Shown here: in pieces, positions 18,874 through 29,086 of the stretch
How positions within the stretch are numbered: position 1 is the stretch's first letter
Layout of the letters: every line of letters starts with the position of its first letter
NCBI GenBank assembly: GCA_035498715.1
Contig: DATJZV010000026.1
Location: forward strand, 76,875 to 140,874
Reading direction: 5' to 3'
Length of the DNA stretch: 64,000 nucleotides
Origin: Nitrospirota bacterium
GTDB lineage: Bacteria; Nitrospirota; UBA9217
Translations under genes and position numbers: made by a program
The notes under the pieces: generated by a model
The model's input: only the letters and a program-made list of their open reading frames with translations
What the model was told of the DNA's origin: nothing
The model's database searches: none

Positions 18874-19883
18874 TTTGCGATCACCGTGGGCACTACAGAC
18901 ATGCCGATCCTCAGGATGTGCTCCCTGTCCGTTCCTTCCTCGAGGACGATCTTGACCGGTATCCGCTGTACTACCTTGACATAGTTGCCTGTGGCGTTCT
19001 CCGCAGGGAACAACGAAAAAGTCACGCCGGTCCCGGCCATGATGCTGTCGACCTTGCCTCTAAACATCTTCCCCGGATAAGAGTCCACCTCGATCCGCAC
19101 TGACTGTCCCGGGCGGATGTTCTCCATCTGTGTCTCTTTAAAGTTCGCCGTTACCCAGATGTCATTCAGTCCGACTACGGCCATAAGCGGCTGGCCTGGC
19201 TGGATCTGGTTCCCGATCTGAGCCGACTTCTTCGTGACGTAGCCGTCAACCGGCGCATAGATCTTCGTGTACTGATAGTTAAGCTCGGCCAGCGTTGCTG
19301 CTGCTTCCTTCTGCTTGATCGTGGACGCCTGTGTCAGCTTCTGCGATTCCGCCGACCGGAGCTGCTCTTCTGCCGCCTTCACTTGGGCCACGGCCACCTC
19401 ATAGGCTGTCATGGCTCGGTCGTAGCGGTCTCGGGGGAGGACCTCCTTCTGATAGAGGTTCTCGGACCGGGTCTTCTCGATCTCTGCCAGCTTGAGGTTC
19501 GCCCGCTGTAGTTCGAGGTTCGCCCTGGCCGCCGCGATCCGCGTCTCGGCCTCGTCAAGCTTCGCTTTTTCCGCACTGACAGAGGACGACGCTTCGCGGA
19601 ATCGCGCTCCGTAATCCGCTGGATCGATCTCCAGCAGAAGGTCTCCTTTATTCACGGACTGGTTGTCCGTGACTAAGATCTCCTTCACCGTGCCGTCGAT
19701 CTTCGCCGCGATCGTATGGATGTTCCCGTCGATGAAAGCGTCATCGGTCGAGACGTGTGTCCTGCGGTACCCTGTGTAGAAATAACCAGCGATCAGGCCG
19801 ACGAGGACAACACCCCCGACGATCAGGAAGGCCTTCTTCTTTTTTTGATTGTTATTGCTATCTTTCGTCTGTGCCTCTGCCAT
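18870..19883 (-). CDS. emrA: HlyD-family membrane fusion protein (EmrA-like periplasmic adaptor).
   Basis: 337 aa with an N-terminal TM segment, long coiled coils, and the lipoyl/beta-barrel signatures LLEIDPADY...IYAPVDGYVT...GQPLMAVV. Confidence 0.85.
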   Translation of the reverse strand: MAEAQTKDSNNNQKKKKAFLIVGGVVLVGLIAGYFYTGYRRTHVSTDDAFIDGNIHTIAAKIDGTVKEILVTDNQSVNKGDLLLEIDPADYGARFREASSSVSAEKAKLDEAETRIAAARANLELQRANLKLAEIEKTRSENLYQKEVLPRDRYDRAMTAYEVAVAQVKAAEEQLRSAESQKLTQASTIKQKEAAATLAELNYQYTKIYAPVDGYVTKKSAQIGNQIQPGQPLMAVVGLNDIWVTANFKETQMENIRPGQSVRIEVDSYPGKMFRGKVDSIMAGTGVTFSLFPAENATGNYVKVVQRIPVKIVLEEGTDREHILRIGMSVVPTVIAK

Positions 19884-19992
19884 ACTGGATCTCCTCGATG
19901 ATTATGACAACGGGCAGAGAGCAAGGGCATGGAGCCAAAAAACGCCACATGGCCCTGTTACCTCATGCTCTTTGCTCCATGCTTCCTTCAAT

Positions 19993-21282
19993 TTACTTCT
20001 CGTATATGCTCATAAGGTCCCCGCCCATGGAATAGAGGAGGCCTGCCTCGGCCCTCGCGAACCCGTAAAGCGCCTTCCATGTATTGGACTGCGACGTGCT
20101 CAGAAGCGTTACCGCATCGAGCACCTCAAGGGCCGTTCCAACACCTTCCTGGTACCGGAGCCGCTGGAGCCGGAGGTTTTCTTCGGCTTGCGCGACGGCG
20201 GTCTTTGTCACCTCGATCTGCTGTGCCGAGCTCTGAAGATTGAGGTAAGCGCCCTTCACATCGAGCCGGACCGCGTCGACGATCTTGTCCCGGGTCGTTT
20301 TGAGCGATGCAAGTTCGCTTTTGCCGATATGCACCCGGGCGCTGGTAGCGCCTCCATCAAAAAGGTTGAAGTTCATGCCCGCAATGAGCGACCAGTTTCG
20401 GGGATAGACCTGGAACTCGTTCTCCTGGTACTGGTATCCTCCCGAAAGGTAGAACGTGGGGAAATACTCAGCTCGGGTCGAATTGATGCTTTCTTCCTTG
20501 GATCGGATGCCCGCGTCAAGGACTTGGATTTCCGGGCTTTGTGCCTCGGCGGCGGTCCAGGCCGCTTCGAGCGTAATGCCTTCTGACGGACTTGTCTTGA
20601 CCTCTTCGAGCTGCACGACGTCGTTCAATGGGCGCAGAAGAAGGCTGTTGATCCGCGACGCCCTCAGGGAACGAAGATTATCGGAGGTCAGGTACCGCTG
20701 ACGTGAATCGGCGAGCGTCACATCTGCCTGGAGCACCTCATTCTTCGTGACCACGCCGGCACTGTACCGCAATTCTGCATCCCGCTTATGCTCTTCGAAC
20801 TGTTTGACCTCCTCGGCGGCAACCTGAAGGAGCTTATCTGCTTCCAGGAGATCGTAGTAGGCGAGAATGAAATCCAGGGAGGATCGGTTCCGTGCTCGCT
20901 GGGTTGCAATTTCCCTGGCTTTGAGATCATATTTGGCAGCGTCAATCGATGATGAGGTCTTCCCGAAGTCATAGAGCAGCTGATTTGCCGTCACACCGTA
21001 GGTAAAGAACTGGGTCTGAGCTGTAGGAGCGATCACATTGGTGAATCTCGCCGTTGGCTGGTTTTGAAGCCATGTCTCGTTACCGTAGATGTTCACCTGG
21101 GGAAGCCAGGGGGAACGGGCGAGAGAAACGGAGTTCCGTGCCGCCTCTTCGTCGGATCGGGCAATTTTTATATCACGCCCGGTCTCAGCAACGATCTTGA
21201 GGCCTTCCTCCAGGGTAAGAGCTTGGCCAACATGGGGGAAGAGGAGCATGCACAAAAATAACAAGATCTGAAATCGCCTCAT
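19993..21282 (-). CDS. TolC-family outer-membrane efflux protein.
   Basis: 429 aa with a signal peptide and two repeated OEP (outer-membrane efflux protein) coiled-coil/beta modules (LYDFGKTSSSIDAAKYDLKAREIA...; LFDGGATSARV...). It is the first gene of the tolC-emrA-emrB minus-strand operon. Confidence 0.85.
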   Translation of the reverse strand: MRRFQILLFLCMLLFPHVGQALTLEEGLKIVAETGRDIKIARSDEEAARNSVSLARSPWLPQVNIYGNETWLQNQPTARFTNVIAPTAQTQFFTYGVTANQLLYDFGKTSSSIDAAKYDLKAREIATQRARNRSSLDFILAYYDLLEADKLLQVAAEEVKQFEEHKRDAELRYSAGVVTKNEVLQADVTLADSRQRYLTSDNLRSLRASRINSLLLRPLNDVVQLEEVKTSPSEGITLEAAWTAAEAQSPEIQVLDAGIRSKEESINSTRAEYFPTFYLSGGYQYQENEFQVYPRNWSLIAGMNFNLFDGGATSARVHIGKSELASLKTTRDKIVDAVRLDVKGAYLNLQSSAQQIEVTKTAVAQAEENLRLQRLRYQEGVGTALEVLDAVTLLSTSQSNTWKALYGFARAEAGLLYSMGGDLMSIYEK

Positions 21283-21462
21283 GGCAATACCTCGGAGATG
21301 ATCTTAAAAATGTAAGTGACCACTATAATACGATAAAATTAAAAAAAAGGGAAGAGTTCTTGCAAATTATTGAAAGAAATTCTTTCAGGCCTATATTTCT
21401 CTTCACATCTCTTCCCGGGTGAATTATAGTATTGTCATAAGAAGTTAAGGGGCCATGAAAGC

Positions 21463-22356
21463 ATGCAGCAGGTAATATCCGCAAGCAGAAGGACCGACAT
21501 TCCCGCCTTTTACGCGGGCTGGTTCATCAGCCGGTTGAAGGCCGGTTATGTCCATGTCCAGCAGCCATATACGCAAAAATCGGTATGCGTTTCGCTCAAG
21601 CCGGAGGATGTCGGTGCCATCGTCTTCTGGTCCAAGAATTACGCGCCGCTTCTCAACAAGCTCGAAGCTATCGAGGAAACCACGAAGAATCTCTTCTTTC
21701 ATTTTACCATCACGGCAAACAGAGAGCTCGAGTTCAATACGCCCGACTACAAAGATTCGATAAAGGATTATATCTTTATCGCCCGGCGGTATTTACGGGA
21801 AAAGATAGTCTGGCGGTATGACCCCATCTGCGTTACTGATAAACTATCCTTTGAAATTCATGAAGAACGATTCGTGCAGTGCGCCGAAATACTTAAGGGC
21901 TATGCTCGGAAGTGTATTGTAAGCTTTGTGCATCCCTACAAGAAAACTCTCGACAACTTTAAAAAATATACGGACCACCTTTTAATTGATCTTTCAATTG
22001 ATAGGAAACGGGAATACGCTCATCGTCTGTCTGAGAGGGCAGAATCTTACGGCATTCAGCTTTATGCTTGTTGCAATGATTATCTACTGTCTGAAAAAAT
22101 AAAAAAGGGAAGTTGCATAGACGGAGCCTTTCTGGCTGAGATATCGAGGATATCTATCGATACTCGACGGGCCGCAACTCGAAAGGAATGTGCCTGCACA
22201 AAGAGCATCGATGTCGGGGCATACGACACCTGTGCGCACGGGTGCGTGTATTGCTATGCGAACATCGATAAAGACAAGGCGGGAGCGGCGCAACTGCGGC
22301 ATCATCCTGGATGGAATGCGCTCGATAAGCAAGTGGATGAAAAGGAATCAGCGTGA
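21463..22356 (+). CDS. DUF1848-family protein (putative Fe-S protein).
   Basis: Starts ISASRRTDIPAFYAGWF, which I recall as the hallmark N-terminus of DUF1848. It has the C-terminal Cys cluster CACTKSIDVGAYDTCAHGCVYCYAN. The coding sequence is AT-rich relative to its flanks. Confidence 0.6.
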   Translation: MQQVISASRRTDIPAFYAGWFISRLKAGYVHVQQPYTQKSVCVSLKPEDVGAIVFWSKNYAPLLNKLEAIEETTKNLFFHFTITANRELEFNTPDYKDSIKDYIFIARRYLREKIVWRYDPICVTDKLSFEIHEERFVQCAEILKGYARKCIVSFVHPYKKTLDNFKKYTDHLLIDLSIDRKREYAHRLSERAESYGIQLYACCNDYLLSEKIKKGSCIDGAFLAEISRISIDTRRAATRKECACTKSIDVGAYDTCAHGCVYCYANIDKDKAGAAQLRHHPGWNALDKQVDEKESA

Positions 22357-22640
22357 TTGACGACCGGAAGGCTGCATCTCGCTTTAAAATAAGTATGAAT
22401 GGAATGTCATGCTGGGAGGTCAGTTCGTTCCTCGTCCGCTTCCTCTGTTCTGCTTTGATTTCACGCTCGATTCAAGTATCATTGACAAGCTTGAGAAAAA
22501 AGTCTAGATTACTTAATTCTGAGCATCATTATGAAAGGGAGAGATTTCAATCAGTAATTAATAATTGGGATATGCGTATGCTCCCAAAGATGGTGAGATA
22601 GATGAACCTGTTAACAACGGGACGGATTTATTAAATTCCC

Positions 22641-24665
22641 TTGCGATTGTGGAGATTGAAGGTGCAGCGACAACAGAACCGTAGATACTATCTTGCAGCT
22701 ATAGTTTCACTAATAACATTTGTTGTCTATCTCTCGTCCCTTCACCATGAATTCGTTGAGTGGGATGATGCCCAGTATGTTGTTGAGAATCTCCATATCC
22801 GATCGATTAATTTCGCCTTTATCAAGTGGGCATTTGCCGATTTCCATGCAGGTAACTGGCATCCCCTTACATGGATATCTCATTCCATAGATTATGCCAT
22901 CTGGGGATTGAATCCACTTGGGCATCATCTAACCAACGTTATTCTCCACGCTGTCAATACCTTTGTCGTGGTATTGCTCATAATAGGCCTCCTCGATACC
23001 TTGAAAGAGTCAACAATAAAAAAGGGGCTATCGGAATTCTTACATGAGCGGATGATACTAATAACTGGAGGGGTAACCGGTCTTTTGTTCGGCCTTCACC
23101 CTTTGCATGTAGAATCAGTGGCCTGGGTTGCGGAACGGAAAGATCTTCTCTGTGCCCTGTTCTTCCTGCTCAGTATCACCCTGTATACGAAATACGTAAA
23201 TAGTATAAATAACGAACCGGCTCAAGAAAAATCATCGCTACGATTTTTCAATAAGCAATACTTCATCGCCTTTGTATTTTTTATCCTTGCGTTGTTAAGC
23301 AAGCCCATGGCGGTCACTCTCCCCTTTGTCCTGCTGATTTTAGACTGGTATCCGTTTAAAAGGATCCGGTCTCTGAAGACATTTCGGGCTGCATTTATCG
23401 AGAAAATTCCTCTTATTGCTTTGAGTCTTATTTCATCGGTCCTGACTGTTTTGGCACAGAGAGCGGGAGGGGCCTTAGTGACGGTGGAGTCTGCGCCGCT
23501 TTCGACACGAGTGCTGGTAGGAGCCGGCTCTCTTATTGCTTATCTCTGGAAGATGATTTGGCCTTTGAATTTAATCCCTTTTTATCCATATCCAACAGAT
23601 GTATCACTTTTATCTTTAGAATATCTTGTCAAAATTGTTGTTGTTATCGGGATTACTATAATCTGTATCGTTAGTACTAAAAAACAGAGATTATGGTTGT
23701 CGGTCTGGAGTTATTATGTCATTACCCTGATTCCCGTGATTGGTATTGTTCAGGTGGGAAGGCAAGCAATGGCAGACAGGTATACTTATTTACCGAGTCT
23801 GGGGCCATTCCTTATAATTGGTTTAGGAGTGGCATGGGCTGTCAGCAAGATGGATACATTACCTCAGTGGGGTCTGATCATTAAACTTTTGGGTGTCGCC
23901 ATCTCTATTTTTGTGTTTGTTTCTCTGTCATATTTAACTTTCAGACAGATAGGCATATGGAACAACAGCATCCGACTGTGGAGCTACGTTATCGGAAAAC
24001 ATCCAGAAAGAGTTCATCTCGTCTATTATTTTCGCGGTCTAGCCTTTCTGAATACGGACCAGACTGACAAAGCAATCGAGGATTTCGATATGGCAATTGA
24101 TTTGGATCCGTATTTTGGCGATGCTTTTTTAAATCGAGGAACTGCTTTTGAAAAAAAAGGCATGTTTGAGAAAGCGATTGAGAACTTCGGCAAGGCAATC
24201 GCTTTGAGGCCTTCTTATGAGGCCTATTTCAATCGAGGGATAACTTTTGAAAAAATGGGCATGCTCGATAAAGCAATTGCAGACTACGATAAGGCAATTG
24301 CTTTGAACCCATCTCGCTATGAAGCCTATCATGCTGCGGCCAAATTATATGGCAAGGCCGGGTTGTTCGATAAAGCAAAAGAATATTTTAGCAGCTATAT
24401 TGCCATAAATCCGAAGCATGCTGAATCATACAACAACCGTGGTCTAGCCTATGTATACCTTGGCCAGAATGATAGAGCATTGGAGGATTTTAATACGGCA
24501 ATTGCATTAGATCAGAATATTGCAGTTGCATATCGAAATCGTGGAGATCTTTATCTGAGAATGGGCAATAGAGAGTTTGCCCTCACGGATTTCCAAAAAG
24601 CATGTGATTTAGGGGACGAAAAAGGATGTAATGCCTTGAAAGCTGTACCACAACATGGATTCTGA
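22641..24665 (+). CDS. Membrane protein with an N-terminal PMT/GT39-like polytopic domain and C-terminal TPR repeats (TMTC-like O-mannosyltransferase family).
   Basis: 674 aa. The first about 430 aa hold many TM helices (HHEFVEWDDAQYVVEN...DRYTYLPS), followed by at least 6 TPR units (AIEDFDMAIDLDPYFGDAFLNRGTAFEKKG..., repeated). The locus is AT-rich. Confidence 0.65.
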   Translation: MRLWRLKVQRQQNRRYYLAAIVSLITFVVYLSSLHHEFVEWDDAQYVVENLHIRSINFAFIKWAFADFHAGNWHPLTWISHSIDYAIWGLNPLGHHLTNVILHAVNTFVVVLLIIGLLDTLKESTIKKGLSEFLHERMILITGGVTGLLFGLHPLHVESVAWVAERKDLLCALFFLLSITLYTKYVNSINNEPAQEKSSLRFFNKQYFIAFVFFILALLSKPMAVTLPFVLLILDWYPFKRIRSLKTFRAAFIEKIPLIALSLISSVLTVLAQRAGGALVTVESAPLSTRVLVGAGSLIAYLWKMIWPLNLIPFYPYPTDVSLLSLEYLVKIVVVIGITIICIVSTKKQRLWLSVWSYYVITLIPVIGIVQVGRQAMADRYTYLPSLGPFLIIGLGVAWAVSKMDTLPQWGLIIKLLGVAISIFVFVSLSYLTFRQIGIWNNSIRLWSYVIGKHPERVHLVYYFRGLAFLNTDQTDKAIEDFDMAIDLDPYFGDAFLNRGTAFEKKGMFEKAIENFGKAIALRPSYEAYFNRGITFEKMGMLDKAIADYDKAIALNPSRYEAYHAAAKLYGKAGLFDKAKEYFSSYIAINPKHAESYNNRGLAYVYLGQNDRALEDFNTAIALDQNIAVAYRNRGDLYLRMGNREFALTDFQKACDLGDEKGCNALKAVPQHGF

Positions 24666-24837
24666 AAAATTGGTGGATTGCATATTCCGAAGCATTTCTG
24701 AAAGCCGTTCCAGGAGCAGCTACCATGCATGTGATGGGGCGATTAGGGCGGGATATTCCAGCCGGCATTAAGGGATAGTTTCGGCGTTCGAGAAATGCGG
24801 ACGAATAGATGAAAGCGATAACGCAATGTTTCTGTAT

Positions 24838-26022
24838 ATGAAACGGATTTTCATAATTGGACTTCTTCTTTCCCTCTTCGCCTGCGTCCGTCCGCCGGTG
24901 CCGGTGACGAAGCCTGAAGACGCGCTTGAGCAGAGATCGTGGTGGCGGGCGGTGGCGCCGCGCGATGACCAAGCCTTCAAGGACATCTCCGCTGCGGTAC
25001 ATCAGAGCCTGGAGTACTACAGGAAACTTCCGCCAGAGACGCTTTTTTACATTGGTCCTGAACGGGTCACGGCCCTCGAAATGATCGTAACACTCCAGAA
25101 CTTCCTATTAATTATTGAGAACGATTCGATCACCTATGACCAGAAAGTGAAGCGGATCAAGGATGAATTCATCGCCTATCGTGCAGTTGGCTCGCGTGGT
25201 AATGGCAGGGTGCTGTTCACCGGATACTACGAGCCCCTGCTCTCGTGCAGGCTGATTGCCGATGATACGTACAGATATCCGCTCTACCGACGGCCGGATG
25301 ACCTCATCGAGATCGACCTGACGCAGTTCGGTGACAACTTCCCGAAGAACAAGCTCTTCGGCAGGCTGGACAATAAAAAAGTCATCCCTTATTACTCTCG
25401 CGAAGAGATCAACCATAAGCAGGCCATCGCGAACAAAGGCTTGGAGATTGTGTGGTGTCGCGACCCCGTGGAGATCTATTTCCTTCAGGTGCAGGGCTCG
25501 GGCAAGGTGGATTTGGGCGATGGGAACATTGTGAGCGTACTTTATGACGGCCAGAACGGCAGGTTTTACAAGAGCATCGGCAAGTATCTCATCGAGAGCG
25601 GCGTGATGACCCAAGAGAACATGTCGATGCAATCGATCCGTGAATACCTGAACACTCATCACGACGAGCTGTTCAAGGTTCTCAACCAGAATCCGAGTTA
25701 CGTCTTCTTCCGTATGGACATGGGGCCGTCGCTCGGGAACATAGGCGTGCCTCTCACCCCCGGACGTTCGATCGCCACGGACAGCAAGCTCTTTCCCAAA
25801 GGCGCCCTCGCCCTCATTTCAACACAGAAGCCGGTGATTGAAAATGGCGTTATCAAGGAGTGGGCGCCATTCACCCGGTTCGTGCTGAATCAGGACACAG
25901 GCGGAGCCATCAAGGGGCCAGGCAGAGCGGACCTGTTCTGGGGAGAGGGTCCTGAGGCCGAGATCGGGGCGGGGTATATGCAGCAGGAAGGGGAACTTTA
26001 TTTCTTGATGCGAAAAAAGTAA
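24838..26022 (+). CDS. mltA: Membrane-bound lytic murein transglycosylase A (lipoprotein).
   Basis: Lipobox LSLFAC. MltA 3D/DPBB signatures: TGYYEP, LYRRPDDL, YFLQVQGSG, GRSIATD. Confidence 0.85.
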   Translation: MKRIFIIGLLLSLFACVRPPVPVTKPEDALEQRSWWRAVAPRDDQAFKDISAAVHQSLEYYRKLPPETLFYIGPERVTALEMIVTLQNFLLIIENDSITYDQKVKRIKDEFIAYRAVGSRGNGRVLFTGYYEPLLSCRLIADDTYRYPLYRRPDDLIEIDLTQFGDNFPKNKLFGRLDNKKVIPYYSREEINHKQAIANKGLEIVWCRDPVEIYFLQVQGSGKVDLGDGNIVSVLYDGQNGRFYKSIGKYLIESGVMTQENMSMQSIREYLNTHHDELFKVLNQNPSYVFFRMDMGPSLGNIGVPLTPGRSIATDSKLFPKGALALISTQKPVIENGVIKEWAPFTRFVLNQDTGGAIKGPGRADLFWGEGPEAEIGAGYMQQEGELYFLMRKK

Positions 26023-26485
26023 ATACGTTATTGATCGCCACAGCGTCCACGAAGGTTAACGAAGCTTGATAGAGTAATCAGCGGCGATTACACCACTTGC
26101 AACTACGTACTACAAACAACAGTGTCATTGCGAGCAACTGCCGGGAGCGTGGCAATCTAGTTTTAGATAACGATTACCTCGTCGCTTCGCTTTACGCAGC
26201 AACATTTTTTATGCTCTTTTAAAACTGAATTAACGAAATCGTAAGCCCTCAGATATTTAATGCCGTCGTGAGTATCTCTTTCTCCCTCCTATACGAACCT
26301 TCACTGGTGAATCTGCCTGTGCGAGCATTTACTTGTGGCCAAACCATGTCTTGATCTCCAATTATACTCAAATGCCACTTCCTCGCTTTCTCCTCCGTCT
26401 CAAGATCGATGGTTTCAGACCGCCTTGACAATGTCCCTATCTGCGCTTACACTATATAAAAGGGATGCTTTCGAAGGAGGGTGCT

Positions 26486-28933
26486 GTGAGCATCAAAGAC
26501 TTTGAACTGCCGGTGTCCGAACTCCGACATACAACAGATCCAGCGGAATTCCCGTTTCAGACCACTGCCGAGCTCTCGCTCAAAGACGAAGTGATTGGCC
26601 AGGTGCGGGCCGTAAAGTCCATCGAGTTCGGTCTGTCCATCAATAACCACGGCTACAATATCTTCGTGTCCGGCATACCGGGCACAGGCAGAAATACTAT
26701 CGTCAAGTCCATCGTGAAGCGGATATCCCTCGACCGTGCGGTTCCCGGCGACTGGTGTTACGTCAACAATTTCAAGGACCCCGACCGTCCGCGCGCCATC
26801 AATCTTCCGCCGGGAAAGGGACGTGAACTCCAGCGCGACGTGGACACGTTCATCGCGTTCATGCAAAGCGAAATCCCGAAGGTTTTCGAGTCCAAGGAAT
26901 ACGAGGAGCAAAAGTCCCGCGTTGTGGAAGAAGAGGAAAAAGCGAAGGAAGTCCTCTTCGGTGAGGCCGGACAACGGGCACTCGAACTCGGGTTCCAGCT
27001 CTCGATCACCCGCACAGGCATAGTAAAGGTTCCCCTGTGGAAGGGGAAGCCTCTCCAACAGCAGGAATTGGAGAACCTCACGCCCGAGCAGCGGCTCGAG
27101 CTTGAGGAACGCGAAAAGAAAGTGGATGTCGAGATCCGCGATTTCTTGGCCAAGGCCCGCCAACTCGACAAGGAGGCGCACGAGAAAATCCACGAGCTGA
27201 ACCGCCGCATCGCGCACTTCGCCATGGGCCACCAGCTTGAAGATCTCAAAGAAAAGTACGGCATGAACAAGCGCATCCCCGACTATCTAGCCGAGGTCGA
27301 GGAAGACATCCTGAGCAACCTGCGCGAGTTCCTCGGCCAGACACCGGAGATGCCCTTCCAGATCGAGGGCATGGATAAGGCGAGCTTTCTTGAGCGTTAC
27401 AAGGTGAATGTGATTGTGGATAACGCGGAGACCAAGGGCGGGCCGGTGGTAGATGAGGCGAATCCCACCTATAACAACCTCGTGGGCCGCATCGAACGCA
27501 AGGCTCGGTTCGGCGCGTTCTACACGAATTTCTCCATGATTCGGTCCGGTTCCGTGCTCCAGGCAAACGGCGGCTACCTTGTGATGAATGCCCTCGATGT
27601 GCTCAGGAACCCCTTTTCCTGGGACGCGCTCAAGCGGATCATCAAGAAAAACGAGGTGAAGATCGAGGATGTGGCCGAGCTCTATGGCTTCACTACCGGT
27701 GGCATCAAACCTGAACCCATCCCCGTCTCGCTCAAGATCATCATGCTTGGGAGCCCCTGGCTCTACTACCTCCTCTATTACTACGACGAGGACTTCCGCG
27801 ATATTTTCAAAGTTAAGTCCGACTTCGACACCCAGACCGTGAGTTCCCGCGACGAGAAGATGCGCTACGCGAACTTCATCGGCAACATGGTGAAGACCGA
27901 AGGACTCCTTCCCTTTAACCGAAACGCGGTAGCGGGCGTTGTGGACTACGCCGTGCGTCTGACCGAGAAAAAGGGCAAACTCTCGCTCCGGTTCAGCGAC
28001 CTCACGGACCTGGTGCGCGAAGCAGCGTACTGGGCAGTGCAGGCCGGAGGCGCGGTAGTGACCGGCGAGCATGTGGACAAGGCGCTCGAGGAGAAGGTCT
28101 ACCGGGCGAACCTCATCGATGAGCGCATCCAGGAGCTTTTCACCGACGGGACGCTCATGGTGGACGTGGCAGGCGCTGTACCTGCTCAGGTGAACGGCCT
28201 ATCGGTGTACGATATCGGTGATTTCTCTTTCGGCAAACCGTCGCGCATCACGGCCCGGGTGTACCTGGGCAAAGGAGGCGTTCTCGACATCGAGCGCGAG
28301 GCAAAGCTCTCAGGCCGCATCTACAACAAGGGCGTGCTCATCCTCTCGGGCTTCCTCGGCGGGACATACGCGCAGGACAAGCCGCTTTCCCTTTCAGCGA
28401 GCCTCGCCTTCGAGCAGAGCTACGGTGAGGTGGAGGGAGACAGCGCCTCGGCCGCTGAGCTTATCGCGCTCATCTCGGGCATCGCCGAGGTGCCGGTGAA
28501 ACAGGGACTGGCCATCACCGGATCGATCAACCAGAAAGGAGAGATCCAGCCCATCGGCGGCGTGAACGAAAAGATCGAGGGCTTCTTCGCCGTGTGCAGG
28601 AACCGCGGTCTTACCGGCGACCAGGGTGTCGTGATCCCGAAGATCAATGTGAAGAACCTCATGCTCAAAAAGGACGTGGTCGAGGCGGTCAAGGCAGGAA
28701 AGTTCAGGATCTACGCCGTCACGACCGTTGGTGAGGCGCTCGAGATCATGACCGGCATGCCGGCCGGCGATCGGAAAACAGACGGAACCTACCCCGAAGG
28801 CACAATCAACGGCCTCGTTGACAAAAAGCTCAAGGAGATGTCTAAGAAGCAGAAAGGCGAGGAGAAGGGGGAGGAGAAAAAAGAGAAGAATGAGGAGAAC
28901 AACGAGAACGCACCGAAAAAGACGCAGCCGTGA
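26486..28933 (+). CDS. Lon-like (LonB/LonC-type) protease with an AAA+-like domain, a Lon-insertion-like coiled-coil domain and an S16 protease domain.
   Basis: About 815 aa. A GAAGGAGG ribosome-binding site lies 5 nt before GTG 26486; the ORF track ATG at 26465 is the alternative start. The P-loop is GIPGTGRNT (Arg in place of the canonical Lys), there is a sensor region, and the protease domain includes GDSASAAELIALISGIAEVPVKQGLAITGSINQKGEIQPIGGVNEKIEG with the Ser-Lys dyad context. Confidence 0.8.
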   Translation: MSIKDFELPVSELRHTTDPAEFPFQTTAELSLKDEVIGQVRAVKSIEFGLSINNHGYNIFVSGIPGTGRNTIVKSIVKRISLDRAVPGDWCYVNNFKDPDRPRAINLPPGKGRELQRDVDTFIAFMQSEIPKVFESKEYEEQKSRVVEEEEKAKEVLFGEAGQRALELGFQLSITRTGIVKVPLWKGKPLQQQELENLTPEQRLELEEREKKVDVEIRDFLAKARQLDKEAHEKIHELNRRIAHFAMGHQLEDLKEKYGMNKRIPDYLAEVEEDILSNLREFLGQTPEMPFQIEGMDKASFLERYKVNVIVDNAETKGGPVVDEANPTYNNLVGRIERKARFGAFYTNFSMIRSGSVLQANGGYLVMNALDVLRNPFSWDALKRIIKKNEVKIEDVAELYGFTTGGIKPEPIPVSLKIIMLGSPWLYYLLYYYDEDFRDIFKVKSDFDTQTVSSRDEKMRYANFIGNMVKTEGLLPFNRNAVAGVVDYAVRLTEKKGKLSLRFSDLTDLVREAAYWAVQAGGAVVTGEHVDKALEEKVYRANLIDERIQELFTDGTLMVDVAGAVPAQVNGLSVYDIGDFSFGKPSRITARVYLGKGGVLDIEREAKLSGRIYNKGVLILSGFLGGTYAQDKPLSLSASLAFEQSYGEVEGDSASAAELIALISGIAEVPVKQGLAITGSINQKGEIQPIGGVNEKIEGFFAVCRNRGLTGDQGVVIPKINVKNLMLKKDVVEAVKAGKFRIYAVTTVGEALEIMTGMPAGDRKTDGTYPEGTINGLVDKKLKEMSKKQKGEEKGEEKKEKNEENNENAPKKTQP

Positions 28934-29086
28934 TGATCCATTCGACTTCAGCCCCGCTCTTCTCTTCTTCACTTGCTCTCAGTCTCTCAGAAAATTCTCA
29001 ATTTTTTTCTCTTCAGCGTGAGTCCGTGTCTTCATGTACTCTATATGGTGAGATTGTTCTAAACCGCAAAAGCAAGGGAGGGCTGC

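Noticed and set aside
26486-28933. Considered the Lon-like gene as BrxL of a BREX defence system.
   Set aside because: No brxA/B/C, pglX or pglZ genes occur anywhere in the window. The neighbours are mltA and glgB.
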